Assembly (NCBI GenBank): GCA_026387805.1
Contig: JAPLKY010000205.1
Location: forward strand, 1 to 35,901
DNA: 35,901 nt
Origin: Candidatus Krumholzibacteriia bacterium
GTDB lineage: Bacteria > Krumholzibacteriota > Krumholzibacteriia > Krumholzibacteriales > Krumholzibacteriaceae
Direction of reading: 5' to 3'
Positions 27,766 to 33,297 of this stretch are shown one piece after another (within the stretch, counting starts at the first letter, position 1; every line of letters starts with the position of its first letter). The position numbers were made by a program, and so were the translations under genes. The notes beneath the pieces are model-generated. The model ran no database searches. It was not told the origin of the DNA and saw only the letters and a program-made list of their open reading frames with translations.

Positions 27766-28134
27766 CTACTTATCGACTTCTGGATTCTCGGGCAATTCGA
27801 GCAGCTTGATGTCTTCGAGGTCGATGTCGCGGGATGCGGCCCTTTTCGAAGCGATGAGGTCGCTTTTGGAAGCCACATAAAAAGGCTGGCTCTGATACTT
27901 CATGGTTTGACGATTATCCCATGCTTGCCGGAAGCTCAAGCCCGGGGTCGATGTCTGCACATCGATACGAACCTTATCCTTGAAAACCGTGATTTCGTTC
28001 GAGAGGAGCTCTTTTTCGGTTATCAACGTCGCCCTCGGCACGCCGTAGAGAATGGCAGCCACCCCGCCGATCACTACGTACCGCACGTCATGCTTTTGAA
28101 ATGATGCGAATACGTCTTTGAGTCTGTTCAGCAT
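27766..28134 (-). CDS. nucleotidyltransferase-fold protein (MNT/AbiEii-like), catalytic DxD region apparently missing
   Basis: The N-terminus ...HDVRYVVIGGVAAILYGVPRAT is typical of small NTases. However, the expected DxD right after it is replaced by LITEKELLSNE. The tail RIDVQTSTPGLSFRQAW...ASKRAASRDIDLEDIKLL is family-like. Confidence 0.6.
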   Translation of the reverse strand: MLNRLKDVFASFQKHDVRYVVIGGVAAILYGVPRATLITEKELLSNEITVFKDKVRIDVQTSTPGLSFRQAWDNRQTMKYQSQPFYVASKSDLIASKRAASRDIDLEDIKLLELPENPEVDK

Positions 28135-28291
28135 CTTTCTTGTCCGGCAAGTTCGGGTTCAACTCGAGCGCGAGATCCGTGAAGGATACGAAAACATCCA
28201 TCCGTTCCTCGAGGGAGAGCGAGCGAAACCAGAGCGCTTTCGCCTCCGGCGTCTCATCGGCCCGACTATGGGATATCTTGTGGTTCATCAC
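28088..28291 (-). CDS. small partner protein of the NTase-fold gene
   Basis: 67 aa. KALWFRSLSLEERMDVFVSFTDLALELNPNL...KDAEQTQRRIRIISKA resembles small proteins I recall next to such NTases. It overlaps the downstream gene by 47 nt. Confidence 0.5.
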   Translation of the reverse strand: MMNHKISHSRADETPEAKALWFRSLSLEERMDVFVSFTDLALELNPNLPDKKDAEQTQRRIRIISKA

Positions 28292-28344
28292 CCTTGATTA
28301 TACATGCGGGGCCGGTGCGCATAAAGGATTAAAATGATCCGGAC

Positions 28345-28414
28345 GAGGAGGTCACAATTTGTGACCTCCTCCGACCAAACTTGAAGTCACAATATGCAAC
28401 ATCAAGTTTGTAAC
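28345..28414. repeat. composite B+A palindrome unit U1
   Basis: B is GAGGAGGTCACAATTTGTGACCTCCTC (28345-28371). After an 8-nt gap, A is CTTGAAGTCACAATATGCAACATCAAG plus TTTGTAAC (28380-28414). On the minus strand it reads VTNLMLHIVTSSLVGGGHKL*, like the centre of an ORF6N protein. Confidence 0.8.
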
Positions 28415-28441
28415 CCGTAGCGTTAATGGAGGGTTTCTGTT

Positions 28442-28783
28442 CTAGCGCATCGCCTGAAGAATCGTGAGGATCTTCGCCTTGAGGGCGGGGATGTCGCCCG
28501 TGACGGTGAGCCAGACCTGAGAAATCTCGACACCGAAGTAGCCGTGAATGAGCTTGTCGCGCATCCCGGCGACATCCTGCCACGGTATATCGGCATTTGC
28601 CTGACGCAACTCGGGAGAGAGCCGTTTCGCAGCCTCGCCGACGACCTCCAGCTGCCTTATCACCGCATCTTGAATCAAGCTATTGGAGAGAAACGTCTTC
28701 TCGTCGGCGCCGCCCGTGTACTTCTCGATCTTGTCGATGGCGTCGGCGATATGCCGGATATAGACCGAGTCATCACGCTTCAT
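28442..28783 (-). CDS. hepT: HepT-like (DUF86, HEPN) ribonuclease toxin
   Basis: 113 aa. The Rx4HxY motif is RDKLIHGY. An 11-nt overlap with the upstream MNT gene is the typical arrangement. Confidence 0.85.
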   Translation of the reverse strand: MKRDDSVYIRHIADAIDKIEKYTGGADEKTFLSNSLIQDAVIRQLEVVGEAAKRLSPELRQANADIPWQDVAGMRDKLIHGYFGVEISQVWLTVTGDIPALKAKILTILQAMR

Positions 28784-29063
28784 AGATTACCACGAGCTCT
28801 TTCTTGATCCTATCGCGGAGATAGGGACTGATCGCCGCCTCGGTCAAGAGGTCTACCTTGCGGCCGATCGCCGCGGAAAGATCGCGTTCCAGAGCGACGA
28901 ACGCCAGGAGACTTTTCGGGCGCGCAAAAGTCACGAGGACGTCGATGTCGCTCTGATCCGTGGCCTCGCCCCGAACGAACGAGCCGAATATGCCGATCCG
29001 CGTCACGTCGTTCTTCCGGCATATATCGATCAATTTTTGAGATTCAAAAGGCAGCTTGATCAT
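28773..29063 (-). CDS. mntA: MntA-type nucleotidyltransferase antitoxin
   Basis: 96 aa. Motif GIFGSFVRGEATDQSDIDVLV (GSx10-11DxD). Confidence 0.85.
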   Translation of the reverse strand: MIKLPFESQKLIDICRKNDVTRIGIFGSFVRGEATDQSDIDVLVTFARPKSLLAFVALERDLSAAIGRKVDLLTEAAISPYLRDRIKKELVVIYEA

Positions 29064-29083
29064 AGATTTACCTCAAATGAAAT

Positions 29084-29110
29084 CTTATAACGCGCGGCGG
29101 GTGGAGTCAA
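29084..29110 (-). promoter_or_regulatory. possible promoter of mntA-hepT (TTGACT-N15-TATAAG)
   Basis: On the minus strand: TTGACT (29110-29105) and TATAAG (29089-29084). The 15-nt spacer is short. Confidence 0.3.
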
Positions 29111-29204
29111 CGTTCAATCCGCGACCTGTCGAAAGAGATCACAAATGTCGACACATGCCGGCAACATGTCGATTCCGCCGACACGTCAGGAGGTTCTCGC
29201 CGTT

Positions 29205-29269
29205 CAATTCTGCCACAGGCCGTGGCAGAATTGCCCCGCCCAATTCTCTCACAGGTTGTGAGAGATTTG
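29205..29269. repeat. two tandem D-type palindromes (D1, D2)
   Basis: D1 is CAATTCTGCCAC-AGGCC-GTGGCAGAATTG (29205-29233, perfect 12-bp arms). D2 is CAATTCTCTCAC-AGGTT-GTGAGAGATTTG (29241-29269, one mismatch). On the minus strand D1 reads ILPRPVAELNGENL, compared with ILSQAVTELDGENL in the intact DUF1016 gene. Confidence 0.8.
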
Positions 29270-29279
29270 CGCCGGATAA

Positions 29280-29500
29280 TTAGGCCTCGCAAGGTTCGAT
29301 ACCAAGAAACTCGAAGCCATAGGGATCACGGACCGTCCAGTTGCCCCGCAGGCATTCCACTTCATAGAATGTACGTTTCAGCTCATCATCGAGATTCACG
29401 ATCAACTCAATATGGCTGTATGAAAGGCCCTGGATGAGCCGCTCTGGCGGGATCTGAAATTGTGGGGACAATGTCCCCACTTTTTCGATATCACTCGCCT
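29280..29500 (-). pseudogene. DUF1016/YhcG fragment (central part with internal deletion, no nuclease domain)
   Basis: Reads EKVGTLSPQFQIPPERLIQGLSYSHIELIVNLDDELKRTFYEVECLRGNWTVR, then jumps to DPYGFEFLGIEP and stops. This is colinear with IPWGHNLQLIFKLKDPARRLWYAQRAVEHGWSRA...DPYVFDFLTM of the intact gene. Confidence 0.6.
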
Positions 29501-29518
29501 TCGTCGGCAGCAGTGCCG
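29457..29518. repeat. 62-nt repeat containing C-type hairpin GTGGGGAC-AAT-GTCCCCAC + T5 (copy 1)
   Basis: The hairpin is at 29462-29480. The segment aligns to 32353-32414 with 5 mismatches counted by eye. Confidence 0.8.
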
Positions 29519-29552
29519 TCAATTGTGTGGGCAACGTCCGCCGTGGCCTAAT

Positions 29553-29579
29553 CTTGATGCTGCAGAATGTGACATCAAG
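29553..29579. repeat. A-type palindrome copy, degenerate (A3)
   Basis: CTTGATG CTGCAGAATGTGA CATCAAG, located 20 nt downstream of the DUF1016 stop. Confidence 0.55.
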
Positions 29580-29599
29580 TTCGAATGCTCCTGTCCTGC

Positions 29600-30631
29600 T
29601 TATCTGTCGCGCGATTTTCGAAGCTCCGATTCCAGCTCTTCGACGCTCGGCAGACTCCCTTTCAGGTCCTCGGGCAGCGTCGTCGCCAATCGGTATTCCG
29701 AGACGCCGATAGGCGCGCTCATGTTGCGCAGCGCGTATTCGGCGATGAGCCTCTTCTTCGTGCCGCACAGGACGATTCCTATGGTCGGCTTATCGTCGGG
29801 ATGTTTCAGGGTGTCGTCAACGGCCGCGAGATAGAAGCTCATCTTGCCCGCGTCTTCGGGTTTGAATGCGCCGGCCTTGAGGTCTATCACGACGAAGCAT
29901 CTCAAGCGAAGGTGATAGAAGAGCAGGTCAACGTAGAAATCGTCGCCGGCGACCTCGATATGGTACTGACTGCCGACGAAGGCAAATCCGACACCCAGCT
30001 CCAGCAAGAACTTCCGAATGTGCTCGACGAGCTCTCGCTCGAGATCTCGCTCGGCCGCGTCGGCGGACATCGTCAGGAAATCGAATACATAGGGATCTTT
30101 GATGGCCTGTTTGGCGAGGTCCGATTGAGCAGGCGGCAGAGCCGCGTCGAAGTTGGTCACGGCGCCGCCCTGACGCTCATAGAGCCCCGATTTGATCTGA
30201 TGCACGAGCACCGCCCGGGACCATCCATGCTCCACCGCTCTTTGCGCATACCAGAGGCGGCGGGCAGGATCTTTCAGCTTGAATATCAGTTGGAGATTAT
30301 GGCCCCAGGGGATTTGCTTGATGGCTGGTCGTAGATTCTCGCCGTCCAATTCTGTCACAGCCTGTGACAGAATTGTAACCTCTTCTGTGTAAGCGAGATA
30401 GAAGGCGCGCATCCTCCAGATGTTATTCTGGGAGAATCCGGGAATTCCCGGAAACGCGGCTTGAATATCTGCCGCAAGCCGCTCCACCACGGATTTTCCC
30501 CACCCTTGAAGCTTCTGGCGCTCGACTATCGACCGTCCGATGTGCCAATACAGATCAATCAGCACATGATTGGCCGCCAGGGCAGCTTCAATCCTGGACC
30601 GGGCGATTCTGGTCTTGATCTCTCCCAGCAA
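29600..30631 (-). CDS. DUF1016/YhcG-family PDDEXK nuclease-like protein, probably 5'-clipped
   Basis: 343 aa. LIDLYWHIGRSIVERQ...NIWRMRAFYLAY...IPWGHN...DPYVFDFL...GFAFVGSQYHIEV..DFYVDLLFYHLRLRCFVVIDLK (D..E.K-type core). Only a TTG start with no RBS is available. The frame upstream still reads family-like ...GYGEL until a TGA that abuts palindrome D4. Confidence 0.78.
   Translation of the reverse strand: MLGEIKTRIARSRIEAALAANHVLIDLYWHIGRSIVERQKLQGWGKSVVERLAADIQAAFPGIPGFSQNNIWRMRAFYLAYTEEVTILSQAVTELDGENLRPAIKQIPWGHNLQLIFKLKDPARRLWYAQRAVEHGWSRAVLVHQIKSGLYERQGGAVTNFDAALPPAQSDLAKQAIKDPYVFDFLTMSADAAERDLERELVEHIRKFLLELGVGFAFVGSQYHIEVAGDDFYVDLLFYHLRLRCFVVIDLKAGAFKPEDAGKMSFYLAAVDDTLKHPDDKPTIGIVLCGTKKRLIAEYALRNMSAPIGVSEYRLATTLPEDLKGSLPSVEELESELRKSRDR
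30347..30375. repeat. D-type palindrome inside the DUF1016 coding sequence (D3)
   Basis: CAATTCTGTCAC-AGCCT-GTGACAGAATTG with perfect 12-bp arms. It encodes TILSQAVTEL. Confidence 0.85.
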
Positions 30632-30668
30632 TTCGCCATAACCGGCGGGAAGGCCGGCGATCTCTCCT

Positions 30669-30697
30669 CAATTCTCTCACGGGCCGTGAGAGAATTG
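30669..30697. repeat. D-type palindrome in the ORF6N-DUF1016 intergenic gap (D4)
   Basis: CAATTCTCTCAC-GGGCC-GTGAGAGAATTG, perfect, and identical over 31 nt to D5 at 32469. Confidence 0.85.
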
Positions 30698-30759
30698 TAG
30701 CCCGGCCACCATCCTTTTGCTCAGTATGCTGAGTAATTTTACTCAATGTGTTGAGCAAA

Positions 30760-31329
30760 TTACCGCTGACTCTTGCCCTCGCTTTCAAAGCCGATGCGGC
30801 GCTTGTCCGCCGGCCCGGGCGGCGCCATGAGGCGCTTGATCGCGTCGATTATGGCGACGATCTGTTCGTCGTGGCTCGCGAGCTTGCGCTCGAGCTCTGC
30901 GAGCTTCTCGGCCAGCTCCTTGTGAGTCGCAAGGAATGCCCGCAGGCGAACGAACGCGCGAACGACAAAGACGCTCATTTCGACTGCGCGAGGAGTATTC
31001 AAGACTGAAGCCGCCATTATGGCGCCGTGCTCGGTGAAGGCGTAGGGGAGCTTGCGGCGGCCGCCCCACTCCAATCTTGAAGTTGCAAAATGCAACTTCA
31101 AGATTGTAACTTCTTTGTTTGTAAGGCAAAACGAAAAGTCTGCCGGAAAACGATCCCGGTTTCGACTGACTTGCTGATTGAGCCTCTTAGTCTCGACGCC
31201 GTATAGGTCGGCAAGGTCACTGTCGAGGATGACCTTCTCTCCCCGAATGAGCAGAATCGTACGCTCGATCTTCTCGATCGGGATAATTGGTGAATGAGGA
31301 TCTGTACGCTTGCTGGATTTACTTCCCAT
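30760..31329 (-). CDS. ORF6N (KilA-N-like DNA-binding) domain protein, copy 1
   Basis: ATG 31329 with GGGAGGTGG 6 nt upstream; track ATG 31353 is less likely. LLIRGEKVILDSDLADLYGVETKRLNQQVSRNRDRFPADF...WGGRRKLPYAFTEHGAIMAASVLNTPRAV is the ORF6N signature. C-terminal coiled-coil-like tail. Confidence 0.85.
   Translation of the reverse strand: MGSKSSKRTDPHSPIIPIEKIERTILLIRGEKVILDSDLADLYGVETKRLNQQVSRNRDRFPADFSFCLTNKEVTILKLHFATSRLEWGGRRKLPYAFTEHGAIMAASVLNTPRAVEMSVFVVRAFVRLRAFLATHKELAEKLAELERKLASHDEQIVAIIDAIKRLMAPPGPADKRRIGFESEGKSQR
31073..31105. repeat. perfect 33-nt palindrome inside ORF6N copy 1
   Basis: AATCTTGAAGTTGCA-AAA-TGCAACTTCAAGATT with 15-bp arms. It encodes ILKLHFATSRL. Confidence 0.9.
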
Positions 31330-31365
31330 CCGCCGCCACCTCCCAAACCCCATCGAGCGAAGCAG

Positions 31366-31427
31366 ATGTTATGGCACTAACTCGGAATTGTCAAGAACTG
31401 TGAGGTGGTCACAAATTGTGACCACCT
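31366..31427 (-). promoter_or_regulatory. promoter TTGACA-N17-TAACAT of ORF6N copy 1 with abutting B-type palindrome (candidate operator)
   Basis: On the minus strand: TTGACA (31394-31389), a 17-nt spacer, TAACAT (31371-31366). Palindrome AGGTGGTCACAA-A-TTGTGACCACCT (31403-31427) lies 8 nt upstream of the -35. The same layout occurs at 33191-33255. Confidence 0.6.
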
Positions 31428-31462
31428 AGAATTGTTCTTCCGAAGCCAGTCTCGCTCGCCTT

Positions 31463-31590
31463 CTGATGTTGCAAAATGAAACCTCAAACTTGTAACTTAT
31501 TTGTTCGTAAGGTTCAGCCCGAGGAGGCCGCAATTTGCGGCCACCTCTACGGTCGTTTGATATCACAATTTGTGACATCAAACCCGTAAC
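31463..31590. repeat. degenerate A copy plus composite B+A unit U2
   Basis: A-like CTGATGTTGCAAAATGAAACCTCAAACTTGTAAC (31463-31495). B is GAGGAGGCCGCAATTTGCGGCCACCTC (31521-31547). After an 8-nt gap, A is TTTGATATCACAATTTGTGACATCAAA plus CCCGTAAC (31556-31590). Confidence 0.8.
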
Positions 31591-31612
31591 TCATTGTCCA
31601 TCAATGGGCCGG

Positions 31613-32176
31613 TTATTTCTTTGGCGGCTCTCCGACGATCTCGACCCGCTCCGCGACGACGGTCACCACCGAGACGTAGCTCTTCCCCGTCCGCGCCATC
31701 GTGCTTCGCAATCTCCCGATGTCCCGCTTCGATAGCGAATCCGCCGCGCCCGATTCTCTCTGTCCGCTCACCCACGTGGAATCTTTGCACGGGGTGTTGT
31801 CGATGTGGCAGAGCAGCGCTTTTTCGCTTTCCATCCTGTCTACGTACGAGCTTTCGATGCGGGATTCTTTTGCGATCCCCCGAACTCTGACCATCTTCTT
31901 GTAGAACGATTCGTCGAAGCCGCCGCTCGAATCCCGCGGCACGATCTTGACGATCGCTCCGCCCGCGGTCATGAGCTTCATCTTCCTGCCGTCCACGCCG
32001 CAGAGATGAACAACGAGACCTTCCACCTCGACCCCGGTGTCGCGATATCTGTCGATGTGCGCCACCAGGCTGTCGGCCGGGACCTTTGCGAATGCCGGGC
32101 TCGCCGGCGCGTTGCTGCTGCCGCGGCCCAGCGACAACGCCGCCGCCAAGACGATGATCGAAAGTCCGGTTTTCAT
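31613..32176 (-). CDS. secreted hypothetical protein
   Basis: ATG 32176 (GAGAGGA upstream) gives signal peptide MKTGLSIIVLAAALSLG. The track start 32317 adds an implausible extension. No motif recognised. Confidence 0.65.
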   Translation of the reverse strand: MKTGLSIIVLAAALSLGRGSSNAPASPAFAKVPADSLVAHIDRYRDTGVEVEGLVVHLCGVDGRKMKLMTAGGAIVKIVPRDSSGGFDESFYKKMVRVRGIAKESRIESSYVDRMESEKALLCHIDNTPCKDSTWVSGQRESGAADSLSKRDIGRLRSTMARTGKSYVSVVTVVAERVEIVGEPPKK

Positions 32177-32225
32177 GATCCTCTCGCTTTCGGTTTGCAG
32201 GCGTGTGAAGATCTTCATGCGATCG

Positions 32226-32254
32226 ATTGTATCATACGGGGCAGAAATTGCCAT
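32226..32254 (-). promoter_or_regulatory. possible promoter ATGGCA-N17-(TGa)TACAAT
   Basis: On the minus strand: extended -10 TGATACAAT (32234-32226) and a -35-like ATGGCA (32254-32249). About 30 nt of this segment recur at 33370-33400. Confidence 0.35.
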
Positions 32255-32352
32255 CCCTGCGACAGCATCCGGCAGAGCTCCTACTCCTCCTGCCTCGCCG
32301 GCCAGCGCGTAGTCCACGATGTTCGTGGGAGAACCTGGCCGGCTTGAACCTA

Positions 32353-32414
32353 AAATTGTGGGGACAGTGTCCCCACTTTTTCGAGAGCACGCGCCTTCGC
32401 CGGCAGCAGTGCCG
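32353..32414. repeat. 62-nt repeat with C-type hairpin GTGGGGAC-AGT-GTCCCCAC + T5 (copy 2)
   Basis: The hairpin is at 32358-32376. See 29457-29518. Confidence 0.8.
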
Positions 32415-32433
32415 CATCAAATTTGCGCCGGAT

Positions 32434-32497
32434 AGATCCTTTACGGGCCGTGCAAGTTCTATACAGGGCAATTCTCTCACGGGCCGTGAGAGAATTG
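32434..32497. repeat. tandem D-type palindromes (degenerate D5' + perfect D5)
   Basis: D5' is AGATCCTTTAC-GGGCC-GTGCAAGTTCT (32434-32460, about 7/11 pairs). D5 is CAATTCTCTCAC-GGGCC-GTGAGAGAATTG (32469-32497). Confidence 0.8.
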
Positions 32498-32563
32498 TAA
32501 CCCATTTTGAATATGCCAGATAGAGGGCGCGCATCTTCCATATGCTCTGTCGATCTCGCCGGG

Positions 32564-33154
32564 CTACTTCGTGGGGCCTCCGTTCTTTGAGCGAAACCCG
32601 ATGCGGCGCTTGTCGGGGAGCGCGGGAGCGTCGGGCCGCGCGGGCGGCGCCATGAGACGCTTGATCGCGTCGATAATGGCGACGATCTGTTCGTCATGGC
32701 TCTCGAGCTTGCGCTCGAGCTCGGCGAGCTTTTCGGCCAGCTCCTTGTGAGTCGCAAGGAATGCCCGCAGGCGAACAAAGGCGCGCACAACGAAGACGCT
32801 CATCTCAACGGCGCGCGGCGTATTGAGGACGGAAGCGGCCATGATTGCGCCGTGCTCGGTGAAGGCATAGGGGCACTTCGTTCGACCGCCACGGCCTCCG
32901 TTTGATATCGCAAATTGCGATATCAAAGCTCTAAGCTCTTGTCTCGTAAGCTGAAACATAAAATCATCCGGAAACCGATCGAGGTTTCTGATGACCTGCT
33001 CATTCAATCTTCTGGTCTCCACGCCATAGAGCGCAGCAAGGTCGGCATCAATAATCACCTTCTCGCCTCGAATGAGCAGGATCTTATGCTCGATGCTCTC
33101 TGTGGGAATAATTGACGATTGACGAGCCGATCTCTTGCGGATTCTGTTTCCCAT
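32564..33154 (-). CDS. ORF6N (KilA-N-like DNA-binding) domain protein, copy 2
   Basis: ATG 33154 with GGGAGGTGG upstream. LLIRGEKVIIDADLAALYGVETRRLNEQVIRNLDRFPDDFMFQLT...PYAFTEHGAIMAASVLNTPRAV. The C-terminal 77 aa differ from copy 1 at one residue. Confidence 0.85.
   Translation of the reverse strand: MGNRIRKRSARQSSIIPTESIEHKILLIRGEKVIIDADLAALYGVETRRLNEQVIRNLDRFPDDFMFQLTRQELRALISQFAISNGGRGGRTKCPYAFTEHGAIMAASVLNTPRAVEMSVFVVRAFVRLRAFLATHKELAEKLAELERKLESHDEQIVAIIDAIKRLMAPPARPDAPALPDKRRIGFRSKNGGPTK
32901..32927. repeat. perfect 27-nt palindrome inside ORF6N copy 2
   Basis: TTTGATATCGCAA-A-TTGCGATATCAAA. It encodes ALISQFAIS and occupies the same codon positions as 31073-31105 in copy 1. Confidence 0.9.
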
Positions 33155-33190
33155 CCGCCGCCACCTCCCAAGCCCCATCACGCGAAGCAG

Positions 33191-33255
33191 ATGTTATGGC
33201 ACTAACCGGGAATTGTCAAGCGTTGCGGAGGTTATCGCAAACTGCGACAACCTCC
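33191..33255 (-). promoter_or_regulatory. promoter TTGACA-N17-TAACAT of ORF6N copy 2 with abutting B-type palindrome
   Basis: On the minus strand: TTGACA (33219-33214), a 17-nt spacer, TAACAT (33196-33191). Palindrome GGAGGTTATCGCA-AAC-TGCGACAACCTCC (33227-33255, one mismatch) lies 7 nt upstream of the -35. Confidence 0.6.
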
Positions 33256-33262
33256 GATCCGA

Positions 33263-33297
33263 CTTGAGGTCACAATTTGTGACCTCAAGTTTGTAAC
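33263..33297. repeat. A-type palindrome of composite unit U3
   Basis: CTTGAGGTCACAA-T-TTGTGACCTCAAG (perfect) plus TTTGTAAC, 7 nt from the B palindrome. On the minus strand, the unit (B+A, 33227-33297) reads VTNLRSQIVTSSRIGGCRSLR*. Confidence 0.85.

Larger units (their letters stand above)
32340..32555 (-). pseudogene. DUF1016/YhcG N-terminal fragment (frameshifted, truncated)
   Basis: Starts 8 nt after the ORF6N copy 2 stop. Reads ..SIWKMRALYLAYSKWVTILSRPVREL.. (compare NIWRMRAFYLAYTEEVTILSQAVTEL). It then changes frame (..EKVGTLSPQF) and ends, with no nuclease domain. Confidence 0.6.

Noticed and set aside
30588-30788. 66-aa minus-strand ORF spanning the ORF6N-DUF1016 gap
   Set aside because: It overlaps the 3' end of the ORF6N gene in another frame. 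Its only family-like stretch (ATILSRPVREL) is simply the translation of palindrome D4.
25317-33297. CRISPR array or integron attC sites as an explanation for the hairpin repeats
   Set aside because: The repeats are not evenly spaced and are not separated by unique spacers of constant length. They are strongly palindromic and partly inside genes. The flanks (TTGTAAC / GTTACAA) do not fit RYYYAAC / GTTRRRY. The units are shorter than typical attC, and no intI or cas gene is present.
28345-33297. IS200/IS605-type (PATE/REP-like) ends: hairpins flanked by TTAC and ending in TCAA
   Set aside because: The resemblance to the IS608 TTAC/TCAA cleavage sites is suggestive. However, no tnpA/tnpB or RAYT gene is in the window, the TTAC flank is present in only some copies, and no target-site logic could be established. 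It is kept only as a remote alternative.
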